From the NCBI GenBank assembly GCA_964291395.2, contig OZ219856.1, forward strand, positions 1,920,001 to 1,984,000: a stretch of 64,000 bases of DNA, in the 5' to 3' direction. This document shows positions 52,280-61,462 of the stretch, piece by piece. Both the position numbers and the translations under genes were made by a program. The stretch is from Alphaproteobacteria bacterium (GTDB lineage Bacteria; Pseudomonadota; Alphaproteobacteria; UBA2966). Under the pieces are notes generated by a model. It was not told the DNA's origin. It saw only the letters and a program-made list of their open reading frames with translations, and did no database searches. Each line of letters starts with the position of its first letter. The first letter of the stretch is position 1.

Positions 52280-53194
52280 ATGCCGAATTTCCGGCATTTG
52301 GAGCGCTTCGTTGCCGTCGCGGAGGAACTGAACTTCCGCAGGGCGGCCGCGCGACTCAACATGTCACAGCCGCCGCTCAGCGATTCCATCCGGCAGCTTG
52401 AGGACGAACTCGGGACACAGTTGCTGAGACGCTCGCGGCGGTCGGTCGAATTAACCGAGTCGGGCGTGGTCTTTCTCGATCGCGCTCGGCGGATCCTGTT
52501 TCAGTTGTCCGAAGCGGTTGACGTCACCCAGGGAATCGCCCACGGCATGTACGAACACATCGCCGTGGGTTTCAATCCGGCGTCGAGTTATGAAATTCTG
52601 CCCGGGATCGTGAACCGTTTCCGAGCCCATTACCCAAACGTGAGCCTGGGGATCGATGAATTGGGCACCGTGGAACGCGAAGATGCTCTGCTGCAGAAGC
52701 GGGTCGACGTGGTCTTGCATAACGTGCCGACGATCACCAGGCCGGGCATTCGGCAGGAAGTCATCCTGAGGGAGCCGCTGGTCGCCGTGTTGCCGGCGGA
52801 CCATCCCCTGGCCGGGGAGGCGGAGATCAATCTTCGGCGGCTCAGGAATGAGTTGTTCCTGGTTCGGCCCTCACGCCAGGAATCCGGTCATCGTGCGCTC
52901 GTCCTCTATGCCTGTCTTGAAGCTGGTTTCATCCCCAACGACATACGACAGGTGGATCGCCTCCACAACGCGGTATGTCTGATCGCAGCGGGCCTGGGCG
53001 TGACGGTCTGTCCCGCTTCCTTGGAACGTTTCGCTCCCCCGGGCGCGATCTACGTTCCACTCGAGGATCGGAATTCGAAATTTTACATGGATTGCGGCGT
53101 TTCCCGCCGCTTGGACGACAGGTCGGCACTAACGGAGAGGTTCATCGACGTCGCCCGCGAGTTCGGCCGCGATTTCATGCAAGCGAAGACGTAG
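52280..53194 (+). CDS. LysR family transcriptional regulator
   Basis: FVAVAEELNFRRAAARLNMSQPPLS HTH. Divergent from the TRAP operon. Confidence 0.93.
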   Translation: MPNFRHLERFVAVAEELNFRRAAARLNMSQPPLSDSIRQLEDELGTQLLRRSRRSVELTESGVVFLDRARRILFQLSEAVDVTQGIAHGMYEHIAVGFNPASSYEILPGIVNRFRAHYPNVSLGIDELGTVEREDALLQKRVDVVLHNVPTITRPGIRQEVILREPLVAVLPADHPLAGEAEINLRRLRNELFLVRPSRQESGHRALVLYACLEAGFIPNDIRQVDRLHNAVCLIAAGLGVTVCPASLERFAPPGAIYVPLEDRNSKFYMDCGVSRRLDDRSALTERFIDVAREFGRDFMQAKT

Positions 53195-53643
53195 GTAGGG
53201 TGCCGGCGGGCTGAGCGGTCACTGCACGGTCGAGAAATTCGGCAGTTGCAAGAACCTGCCGCCAATCCTCCGTAGTGGTAGAAATCATTTCGGGTAGCAG
53301 CTACCGTCCCCACCGGCCGCGCAAGGCGGACACCATGGCCGGCACGGACGGGCGCCGGCTGCAGCGGTTCTGCGACCGGCACTCGAAATTCCGCGGGGGT
53401 ATCGGCTCGGGCGGTCTTCCCGTTGCCCGTACGCCGAGTGCGCATAACCTCGGTGTCCGGTGCATGCGGATTTCCGACTCGAACGATTGTCCGAATGGGG
53501 TCATGAGCCGAAGTTCACAGCTCTTCATTTCGACGGCCGCGATATAAGTAGAAGCGGACTATCAAAGCTCTAACCAAACTCCAGTCCGAGTCCTCCCCGG
53601 GGCGGGCGTATATAACTCATTGCAATGAAACGATAAAATAGCG

Positions 53644-53720
53644 TGGCGACCCCGGCAGGACTCGAACCTGCAACCCTCGGCTTAGAAGGCCGATGCTCTA
53701 TCCAGCTGAGCTACGGGGCC
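53644..53720 (-). tRNA. tRNA-Arg(UCU)
   Basis: GGCCCCGTAGCTCAGCTGGATAGAGC...CT-TCT-AA...GTTCGAGTCC...CCA, 77 nt. Confidence 0.97.
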
Positions 53721-53773
53721 GCTGGGTGACGGGAGTGTAGCGCAGACCGTCCCGCGCCGGCGCAAGAATTCGC

Positions 53774-54067
53774 CTATCTCACCGCGTCGTAGCGGAAGTT
53801 GTCCGAATAGGACTTCGTCTTGAACTTGCGCCGGCGGGGTTCCTGCACCTGATATTCGATACCGTGCTTCTCGCAATAGGCAACGGCCGCCTCGCGGGTG
53901 GGAAACCGCATCGTCACCTGCTGATCCGTGTCCGACGACGACGTCCAGCCCATCAGCGGGTCGATGCGCCGCGCCGCCTTGGGCTCGAACCGCACGATCC
54001 AGTCCTTGGTCTTGGCCTGGCCCGACTGCATCGCCGTCCGGGTGGGTCGATATATCCGTGCCTGCAT
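53774..54067 (-). CDS. ETC complex I subunit (NDUFS4-like)
   Basis: RIYRP...AMQSG...DPLMGWTSS.D...YSDNF. Confidence 0.92.
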   Translation of the reverse strand: MQARIYRPTRTAMQSGQAKTKDWIVRFEPKAARRIDPLMGWTSSSDTDQQVTMRFPTREAAVAYCEKHGIEYQVQEPRRRKFKTKSYSDNFRYDAVR

Positions 54068-54109
54068 CGAGAAGAACCTCACCCACATGAAACCCCGGCG
54101 CCTCGAACC

Positions 54110-54186
54110 TGGTCGGGGAGACTGGATTCGAACCAGCGGCCCCCGGCTCCCAAAGCCGGTGCTCTACCAGGCTGAGCTACTCCCCG
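54110..54186 (-). tRNA. tRNA-Pro(UGG)
   Basis: CGGGGAGTAGCTCAGCCTGGTAGAGC...TT-TGG-GA...GTTCGAATCC...CCA. Confidence 0.97.
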
Positions 54187-54276
54187 CGAAACGCGGCGCC
54201 TCGACGCCGAGATACACCAACTCGGATCGGGCGGCAAGGCAACAAGGTCGGACCTCGGGTCCGACCCCAAGGGATA

Positions 54277-54705
54277 TCAATCGGCTTGCCGGGGCTCACC
54301 GCGAAGCTTGTAGGTACCCGACATCGTCAGAACGGTCCGCCCGTCGACGGTCAGTTCCCCGACGGCGAAAACGATCGAGCGCGTCGCCTTGGTCACCTCG
54401 CCGCGCCCCTCGAGCCAATCGCCGATACGCGCGGGCGCAACGAAGTCCGAAACCATGCGGATGCTCGCGCCCGGGCGGCCGGCGTGGCGGTAGCTGACGG
54501 TGCCGAGTATGACGTCGGCGAAGGACATCAGCACGCCGCCGTGGACCACGCCACCGAGGTTCGTGTGCTTGTCCTCGACCCTGAGCGCCCGCACGAGAGT
54601 TCCGTCGTCCTCCAGACGTTCGTAAACGGGCCCGATGAGCCGGCCGAACGACGAGAGCCCGCCGATCGGCGCGAATCCGGCAGGAATCTCCCACGCGTCG
54701 ACCAT
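54277..54705 (-). CDS. PaaI family thioesterase
   Basis: HTNLGGVVHGGVLMSFAD. Confidence 0.88.
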   Translation of the reverse strand: MVDAWEIPAGFAPIGGLSSFGRLIGPVYERLEDDGTLVRALRVEDKHTNLGGVVHGGVLMSFADVILGTVSYRHAGRPGASIRMVSDFVAPARIGDWLEGRGEVTKATRSIVFAVGELTVDGRTVLTMSGTYKLRGEPRQAD

Positions 54706-54721
54706 GCCGCCGTCCGTCCCG

Positions 54722-55213
54722 TCAACGGGATCTGCCCGAGCCGGAGCCCTGGTAGATCACGCGGTCCCCGGGGCGGATACCGAGTCGTGACGCCGTCCCG
54801 GCGTTGACCTCGAGCACGGCGCGAACCGGCCCTCCGGACGCCACCGTCGTCAACGACAGCGGCACCGTCCGTTCCGCGATGCGCGTGATCCGCCAGTCGG
54901 CGCCGATGAAGATCATATCGAGCGGAATGTAGGTGTTGCGCATCCACATGGCGACGTTCCGCGGGCGACCGTATTCGAACAGCATCCCCGCGTCGGGTTC
55001 GAGCCGCCGGCGGTACATCAGGCCGCGAGCCTGCTCCTCGGACGTGCGCGCGACTTCGACCCCGAACCGGTGCTCGCCGCTCTCGGAGACGATCACCACC
55101 TCCGAGGTCGCCGCCCCCGGTGCCCCCGAATGCCCGGGGACCGGACTCAGCGCGGCAAGCGCCAACATCGCCCACATGCCGAGCACGCGGCGTCGCCGGA
55201 CCCATCCAAACAT
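54722..55213 (-). CDS. DUF192 family protein (start uncertain)
   Basis: GLMYR...GMLF...MWMRNTYIPLDMIF...VLEVNAG. Confidence 0.88.
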   Translation of the reverse strand: MFGWVRRRRVLGMWAMLALAALSPVPGHSGAPGAATSEVVIVSESGEHRFGVEVARTSEEQARGLMYRRRLEPDAGMLFEYGRPRNVAMWMRNTYIPLDMIFIGADWRITRIAERTVPLSLTTVASGGPVRAVLEVNAGTASRLGIRPGDRVIYQGSGSGRSR

Positions 55214-55323
55214 GGGAGCAAGACTACGGAAAACGACGTCGGAGTAAACGGCTGTCACGGCCGAGACGACTTGCGACACCGCGGCCTTTGATCTGTCGGG
55301 CCGAGGACCTTATAGTCGTACCG

Positions 55324-55420
55324 TCACTGGGGGGAGCCGCGCGCCGCGGCTGAGAGGTCCCACCTCACGGGACGACCCCAAGAACCTGATCCGGATCATG
55401 CCGGCGTAGGGAAAGGTGCC
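55324..55420 (+). ncRNA. TPP riboswitch
   Basis: GGGGAGCC...GGCTGAGAG...GACCC..GAACCTGATCCGGATCATGCCGGCGTAGGGAA, directly upstream of a thiamine-precursor ABC operon. Confidence 0.95.
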
Positions 55421-55423
55421 TCC

Positions 55424-56206
55424 ATGAGTGACAGAGAAGGCCTTTTGGCCGTGGATGGTCGAGCCCCGGACGTGCACGTCCGCGGCGCGACGTTGCGCCA
55501 TGGCGACAGCGTCCTTTTCGAGGACCTGTCGGTTACCCTCGCGGCGGGGGAGATAACGTGCCTGCTCGGCGTTTCCGGAATCGGCAAGTCCAGCCTCTTG
55601 AAGCTCGTCGCCGGCCTCGGCCCCGCACTCGAGCGCGGCACCATCGAGGCGGGAGACGGCCGTGCGCTGAAGGGCCGAATCGCCTACATGGACCAGCGGG
55701 ACCTGCTCCTCCCCTGGCTCAGCGTCCTGGACAACGTGACCCTCGGAGCCCGACTGCGGGGCGATCACGCGGATGGAGACGGTGCCAGAAGCCTGCTGCG
55801 CGATGTCGGTCTGGCGGGCCGCGAGAACGACTTGCCGGCCGTTCTGTCGGGCGGGATGCGGCAGCGCACGGCGCTGGCCCGGACGCTCATGGAGGACCGC
55901 CCCGTCGTCCTGATGGACGAGCCGTTCTCGGCGCTCGACGCGCTCACGAGACTGCACCTGCAGGATCTCGCGGGACGGCTGCTCACGGGACGGACCGTGC
56001 TGCTCGTCACCCACGACCCGATCGAAGCGGTCCGACTCGGTCACCGCATCCATATCATGGCGGGACTCCCGGCGCGGATCGCCACGGCGATGACCCTCTC
56101 CGGCGAACCGCCGCGCGACCCTACGCGGGAGGAAGCGACGGCGCGCTACCGCGAGTTGATGACGTATCTCGGGCAATCCGGGTCCGTCGCGGGCCTCGGG
56201 AAATGA
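55424..56206 (+). CDS. thiZ: Hydroxymethylpyrimidine ABC transporter ATP-binding protein
   Basis: GVSGIGKS, LSGGMRQR, DEPFSALD. Confidence 0.8.
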   Translation: MSDREGLLAVDGRAPDVHVRGATLRHGDSVLFEDLSVTLAAGEITCLLGVSGIGKSSLLKLVAGLGPALERGTIEAGDGRALKGRIAYMDQRDLLLPWLSVLDNVTLGARLRGDHADGDGARSLLRDVGLAGRENDLPAVLSGGMRQRTALARTLMEDRPVVLMDEPFSALDALTRLHLQDLAGRLLTGRTVLLVTHDPIEAVRLGHRIHIMAGLPARIATAMTLSGEPPRDPTREEATARYRELMTYLGQSGSVAGLGK

Positions 56207-57015
56207 CGGGCCTCATGCCTCGCGTCCTGCGCGCGCTTGCGACCCTGTGCGGGCTGGGACTGTTGTGGCAAGCCATCGTCTGGGTGACCCAGGCGCCACC
56301 GTACATCCTGCCGGGTCCCCTGCCGGTGCTGCGGGTCATCGGCGAGCGGGCGGACTTCCTGGCCGCGCACGCCGGGGTGACCGTGGCCGAGATCCTACTC
56401 GGGCTGGGCCTGGGGACCTTGTTGGGGGTGCTCAGCGCCATCCTCATCCACCAGTTGCGCCCGGCCCGGCGCTGGCTGTTCCCGATCCTGGTGATCTCCC
56501 AGGCCGTCCCCGTGTTCGCCATCGCCCCCGTCCTCGTGCTGTGGCTCGGCTACGGCATGGCGTCAAAGGTGGCGATGGCGACACTCATCATCTATTTCCC
56601 GGTGACCGCGAGCTTCCTGGACGGCCTGCGGCGCACCGAGACCGGCTGGCTGGATCTCGCCGCCACCATGACCAAAGACGATCCGAGCCGGGTCTGGGCA
56701 ATCCTCTGGCATATCCGCATCCCCGCGGCCCTCCCCGCCCTGGCCTCCGGTCTGCGGGTCGCCGCCGCGGTCGCTCCCATCGGCGCCGTGGTCGGGGAAT
56801 GGGTGGGCGCGAGCGAAGGCCTCGGTTACGTCATGCTGCATGCCAACGGCCGGATGCAGATCGACCTGATGTTCGCCGCCCTCCTCGTCCTCAGCCTGTT
56901 CGCCATCGCCATCTACTTCGCCGTCGACCATCTGCTGCGTCGCGCGCTTCCCTGGCAGGCCGACAGCGCGCCGGCCGACGACGACGCGCCTTCCTCGAAC
57001 CTAGCTCCTTCCTAA
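56203..57015 (+). CDS. thiX: Hydroxymethylpyrimidine ABC transporter permease
   Basis: YILPGP, QAVPVFAIAP, GAVVGEW. Confidence 0.8.
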   Translation: MTGLMPRVLRALATLCGLGLLWQAIVWVTQAPPYILPGPLPVLRVIGERADFLAAHAGVTVAEILLGLGLGTLLGVLSAILIHQLRPARRWLFPILVISQAVPVFAIAPVLVLWLGYGMASKVAMATLIIYFPVTASFLDGLRRTETGWLDLAATMTKDDPSRVWAILWHIRIPAALPALASGLRVAAAVAPIGAVVGEWVGASEGLGYVMLHANGRMQIDLMFAALLVLSLFAIAIYFAVDHLLRRALPWQADSAPADDDAPSSNLAPS

Positions 57016-57041
57016 CAACCAACCAGTCGCGGGAGAACCCC

Positions 57042-58052
57042 ATGACCCATCCACAGCACATGACCCATCAGCAACGAGCGCATTCGCGGAGTCGAACGAC
57101 CGGCCGGTTCCTGGGCATCGGACTGGCGATCCTCGCTGCGCTCTCGGCTCAGAGCGCGGCCCGTGCCCAGGACAAGGTAACGGTGATGCTCGACTGGTTC
57201 GTGAACCCAGATCACGCACCGCTCTTCGTGGCGCAGGAAGCCGGTTATTTCCGTGACGCGGGCCTGGAGGTGGAGCTCATCGCCCCGGCCGACCCCAACG
57301 ATCCGCCCAAGCTCGTGGCGGCAGGCAAGGCCGACGTCGCCATCTCCTATCAGCCCCAACTCCACATCCAGGTCGATCAGGGACTGCCGCTCCGCCGCAT
57401 CGGGACGCTGGTGTCCACGCCGCTCAATTCGCTGGTCGTGCTGGCGGACGGTCCCATCAAGTCGATCGCGGACCTGAAGGGGCGGAAGGTCGGCTTCTCG
57501 GTGGGCGGGTTCGAAGACGTCCTGCTCAAGGCGATGCTGGAGCGGCACGGTCTGACGCTCGACGACGTGACGCTGATCAACGTCAACTTCTCCCTCTCGC
57601 CCTCCATCATCAGCGGTCAGGTGGACGCCGTGATCGGCGCCTTCCGCAATTTCGAGCTGAACCAGATGGATATCGTCGGCAAACCGGGACGTGCGTTCTA
57701 TATCGAGGAGGAAGGCGTTCCGACCTACGACGAGCTGATCCTCGTCGCTCACGCCGACAACCTGGCCGACCCCCGCCTGCGGCGCCTGGTCGATGCCATC
57801 GAGCAAGGCACGCAATACCTGATCAATCACCCGGACGAAAGCTGGAAGCTATTCCTGCGCGGGCGGAGCGACCTCGATGACGAACTCAACCGGCGCGCGT
57901 GGCGGGACACGCTGCCGCGCTTCGCCTTGCGTCCGGCGGCGCTCGACGGCGGCCGATATGCCCGGTTCGCCAAGTTTCTGGAACATCACGGGATGATCGG
58001 GTCGGCGCGCGCGGTCTCCGACTACGCGACCGAACTCGCGCCGATCGAGTAA
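57042..58052 (+). CDS. thiY: NMT1/THI5-like HMP-binding protein
   Basis: LDWFVNPDH, SYQPQL, GAFRNFE, PTYDEL. Confidence 0.85.
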   Translation: MTHPQHMTHQQRAHSRSRTTGRFLGIGLAILAALSAQSAARAQDKVTVMLDWFVNPDHAPLFVAQEAGYFRDAGLEVELIAPADPNDPPKLVAAGKADVAISYQPQLHIQVDQGLPLRRIGTLVSTPLNSLVVLADGPIKSIADLKGRKVGFSVGGFEDVLLKAMLERHGLTLDDVTLINVNFSLSPSIISGQVDAVIGAFRNFELNQMDIVGKPGRAFYIEEEGVPTYDELILVAHADNLADPRLRRLVDAIEQGTQYLINHPDESWKLFLRGRSDLDDELNRRAWRDTLPRFALRPAALDGGRYARFAKFLEHHGMIGSARAVSDYATELAPIE

Positions 58053-58101
58053 TCGTGATTGGGGCCGGACCCCGGTCCGATCCCGCGGAATCGGAACCGC
58101 C

Positions 58102-58647
58102 TCACTGATCCAGTTCGATATCCGCGACTTGCGGTCCCTTGGGGCCCTGTCCGGTGCGGACCCGCAGCAACTGCCCCGGCTTCAGATCATCCAGGCCGAT
58201 TCTTCGCAACGTCTTGATGTGTATGAAGATATCCTGAGTGCCTTCGCCGCGCGTCACGAAGCCATAGCCTTTTTCGACGTTGAACCACTTGACCATGACC
58301 TCGAAGTAATCGCCTTTCGCCTCGAGCGGTGGATAACGCGGGTCGTCATCGTCACCGTCGTGAGGTCCGGCGCCCGGCTGCACGGCCGTGCTGGTGTCGA
58401 TGTCGATGATGCGGATGGCCTGCAAGCCCTTGGGCCCGCGGACCGCTTCGCACAGGACGGTGGCTCCCTGCTCAACGCCCTCTTGCCCCGCTTGCCGCAG
58501 GGCGGAGAGGTGGATGAAGACATCACCGGAATTATCGGCGGGCGTCAGGAAGCCGAAACCCTTGGCCGCGTTGAACCACTTGACCCGGCCACTAACTTCA
58601 ACGCTCTCCGGATGTGGTTCCTCCGCAACCCGATCCTGTTCCGCCAT
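58102..58647 (-). CDS. Cold-shock protein with two CSD domains
   Basis: KWFN..KG.GF and D.FIH motifs occur twice. Confidence 0.92.
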   Translation of the reverse strand: MAEQDRVAEEPHPESVEVSGRVKWFNAAKGFGFLTPADNSGDVFIHLSALRQAGQEGVEQGATVLCEAVRGPKGLQAIRIIDIDTSTAVQPGAGPHDGDDDDPRYPPLEAKGDYFEVMVKWFNVEKGYGFVTRGEGTQDIFIHIKTLRRIGLDDLKPGQLLRVRTGQGPKGPQVADIELDQ

Positions 58648-58920
58648 GGCAGGACCTCACCAAATGCCAGAGTAATCGGAAAATCTACCACGTTTGGTGT
58701 ATGACCACAAACGCGCGCCTCCGGCGCACCCCGTGGTGACCGGGCCGAAATACGACGCGTGGCAGCGATCACACGTGCCCCGTCCGGTCAGCACAGCGAT
58801 CCAGGTGCCGCGGGCTAACTGCCCGCCATACAGGCATTTTTGCTGGATCGGGCCGATTCGCCATATTATTGTCGGGACCGGATCGGGGGACCGAAATACC
58901 GGGAGAAGAGGGGCGGCGCA

Positions 58921-59439
58921 ATGCCGCCCGATAAGGGTACCGGGCAGGGGGGAAGCGACACCGTGCTGCATGCGATCAGTCTGACCGCAGTTCTCTTTGG
59001 TACGTGGTTGCTGTTGTCCGGCTACTTCACGGCCCTGCTCATTTCCCTCGGTGTCCTGTCTCTCGCCGTCTCGGTCGGCATCGCGCTTCGCATGGACGTC
59101 GTCGATCACGAGAGCCATCCCATTCACCTGACCTGGCGCATTCCCACCTACTGGATCTGGCTTCTTGCCCAGATCATCAAGTCGAACTTCGACGTGGCGA
59201 GAACCATCCTGGGCATCGGCGATCCGCCTACCCCGAACGTGGTGACCGTGCAGCCGAGCCAGCGTACCGAGTTGGGTCAGGTCATCTACGCCAACTCGAT
59301 CACGCTGACCCCCGGCACGATCTCCATCGAGCTCGAAAACGGCGAGATCACGGTCCACGCATTGACGCGGGGTTCGGCCGATGACCTCCGGACGGGCGTC
59401 ATGGACGGCCGTGTCTCGAAGCTCGAGGGCGGTGCCTGA
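58921..59439 (+). CDS. mrpE: Na+/H+ antiporter subunit E
   Basis: WLLLSG, ANSITLTPGT, VHAL. Start may instead be GTG near 58963. Confidence 0.9.
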   Translation: MPPDKGTGQGGSDTVLHAISLTAVLFGTWLLLSGYFTALLISLGVLSLAVSVGIALRMDVVDHESHPIHLTWRIPTYWIWLLAQIIKSNFDVARTILGIGDPPTPNVVTVQPSQRTELGQVIYANSITLTPGTISIELENGEITVHALTRGSADDLRTGVMDGRVSKLEGGA

Positions 59440-59789
59440 TGCTGGCCTTCGTCACCCTCGCCATCCTTCTGACCATGGCCCTGGCGCTGATTCGGGCGCT
59501 GCGCGGGCCGACGGTGTTCGACCGGATCCTGGCGGTCAGCATGGTGTCGACCAAGACGACGCTGCTCATCGCCGCGCTGGGCTTCCTCTTCGGACGGCCG
59601 GATTTCCTGGATATCGCTCTCCTCTACGCGCTGATCAACTTCGTCGGCGCCATCGCCGTGCTGAAATTCTACAAGTATGGAAGCCTCGGTCTTGCGTCCC
59701 ACCTCGAGGCCGTGCCGGCCCCTCCCGGATCGGACCCCCCGGGTGCGGGCGAGCACGGCGCGAAGCCCGAGGAAGGCCCCGCCGGATGA
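59439..59789 (+). CDS. mrpF: Na+/H+ antiporter subunit F
   Basis: RGPTVFDRILA, LDIALLYALINF. Confidence 0.9.
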   Translation: MLAFVTLAILLTMALALIRALRGPTVFDRILAVSMVSTKTTLLIAALGFLFGRPDFLDIALLYALINFVGAIAVLKFYKYGSLGLASHLEAVPAPPGSDPPGAGEHGAKPEEGPAG

Positions 59790-60133
59790 TGGAAGGCGTC
59801 CTCGAAGTCCTGGCCTGGGGCCTGCTCGGAACCGGCGCCGTGTTCTCCGTGATCGGCGGTATCGGCATGCTTCGGCTGCCGGATTTCTATACGCGGATGC
59901 ATGCCGCGGGCGTCACCGACACGATGGGCGCCTGGCTGATCCTCGCCGGTCTCGCGTGCCTGGCCGGACTGACCCTCGTATCCGCGAAACTCGCCCTCAT
60001 CCTGTTCTTCCTGTTCATGACGGGACCCACGGCGACGCATGCGCTGGTCAAGACCGCGTGGTACGCCGGGGTGAAACCGCTCACCACGGAAGCATCCGGA
60101 AAGCCCGAAGGAACCCCGCCATCGAACCCCTAG
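59786..60133 (+). CDS. mrpG: Na+/H+ antiporter subunit G
   Basis: RLPDFYTRMHAA, GPTATHAL. Confidence 0.9.
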   Translation: MMEGVLEVLAWGLLGTGAVFSVIGGIGMLRLPDFYTRMHAAGVTDTMGAWLILAGLACLAGLTLVSAKLALILFFLFMTGPTATHALVKTAWYAGVKPLTTEASGKPEGTPPSNP

Positions 60134-60684
60134 TCAACATCGTGCTGTTGGCATTCCTGGTCGTCATCGCGCTGGCGATCATGCGCCTCCGGAACCTGTT
60201 CGGCGTCGTCATGCTGAGCGGAATCTACAGCCTGCTGATGGCGTCGGTCTTCGTCATCCTCGATGCGGTCGACGTGGCCTTCACGGAAGCGGCGGTGGGC
60301 GCCGGCATCTCCACGATCCTCATGCTTGGAACGCTCGCGCTGACGACGAGCCGCGAAAAGGTCCCCATGCACACGCCGTTGCTGCCGCTGGTCGTGACCT
60401 TCGTCACGGGTGCCATGCTGGTCTACGGCACCTGGGACATGCCCGCCTTCGGCGACGCCGCGGCTCCACCCAACCAGCACGTCGCACCCTACTACCTCGA
60501 GCGTTCGCTCGCGGAGACGGGCGTGCCCAACGTCGTCACGGCGGTGCTGGCGAGCTACCGGGGCTACGACACGCTGGGCGAGCTCACCGTGATCTTCACG
60601 GCCGGCATCGGCGTGCTGCTGCTGCTGGGCCGGCGCCGGGAGAAGGCGGCCATCAAGCCCGAGGCCGGGGACGGCGGCTCATGA
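60121..60684 (+). CDS. DUF4040/MrpB N-terminal subunit (possible ATC start)
   Basis: AVDVAFTEAAVGAG, NVVTAVLASYRGYDTLGE. Confidence 0.85.
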   Translation: MEPLVNIVLLAFLVVIALAIMRLRNLFGVVMLSGIYSLLMASVFVILDAVDVAFTEAAVGAGISTILMLGTLALTTSREKVPMHTPLLPLVVTFVTGAMLVYGTWDMPAFGDAAAPPNQHVAPYYLERSLAETGVPNVVTAVLASYRGYDTLGELTVIFTAGIGVLLLLGRRREKAAIKPEAGDGGS

Positions 60685-61097
60685 GGCATCACGTCATCCT
60701 GCGGGTGATCGCCAAGCTCGGCATCCCGTTCATCGTGCTGTTCGCGCTCTACGTGCAATTCCACGGCGATTTCGGGCCGGGCGGCGGCTTCCAGGCCGGC
60801 GTGATCTTCGGCGCGGCGTTCATCCTCTACGCCCTCATCTTCGGGCTGGACAACGCGCTCAAGGTGGCGCCGATGAATCTGGTCATCACCTTCATCGCCG
60901 TCGGCTTGCTGGTGTTCGCGGGCGTGGGCGTCGCCGCCCTGCTCCGCGGCGGCAAGTATCTCGACTACGGCGTGCTCGCCGACAATTTCGTCGCCGGACA
61001 GCATCTCGGCATCCTGCTCGTCGAGCTCGGGGTCGGGATCACGGTCGCCGCGGTCATGATCGCGATCTTCTTCACCTTCGCGGACCGGGGCCGGTAG
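60681..61097 (+). CDS. mrpB: Na+/H+ antiporter subunit B
   Basis: HGDFGPGGGFQAG, VELGVG. Confidence 0.9.
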   Translation: MRHHVILRVIAKLGIPFIVLFALYVQFHGDFGPGGGFQAGVIFGAAFILYALIFGLDNALKVAPMNLVITFIAVGLLVFAGVGVAALLRGGKYLDYGVLADNFVAGQHLGILLVELGVGITVAAVMIAIFFTFADRGR

Positions 61098-61099
61098 CC

Positions 61100-61462
61100 G
61101 TGGAGTTTCTGATCGGCCACTACAACTACTGGATCTTCATCTTCTTGATGATGCTGGGATTCTACGTGGTGGTCGCGCGCGGAAACCTGGTCAAGAAGAT
61201 CATCGGCCTGAACATCTTCCAGGCCTCGGTATTCCTGCTCTACATCTCTATCGGCAAGGTCCTGGGCGGCACCGCGCCGATCATCATCGACGGCGGCGGC
61301 CCGGTGACCTATTCCAACCCGCTGCCGCACGTCCTCATCCTCACGGCGATCGTCGTCGGCGTCGCCACGACCGCACTCGGCCTGTCCCTGGTGGTCAGGA
61401 TCAACGAAGCCTACGGCACGATCGAGGAGGATGAGATCAGCGACATGGATCAGGAACCGTGA
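61100..61462 (+). CDS. mrpC: Na+/H+ antiporter subunit C
   Basis: NLVKKIIG, NPLPHVLILTAIVV. Confidence 0.92.
   Translation: MEFLIGHYNYWIFIFLMMLGFYVVVARGNLVKKIIGLNIFQASVFLLYISIGKVLGGTAPIIIDGGGPVTYSNPLPHVLILTAIVVGVATTALGLSLVVRINEAYGTIEEDEISDMDQEP

Larger units (their letters stand above)
42440..53640. mobile_element. Probable genomic island abutting the 3' end of tRNA-Arg
   Basis: Visibly lower GC and different codon usage, gene remnants, and position between znuB and the tRNA 3' end. No integrase seen. Confidence 0.55.
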
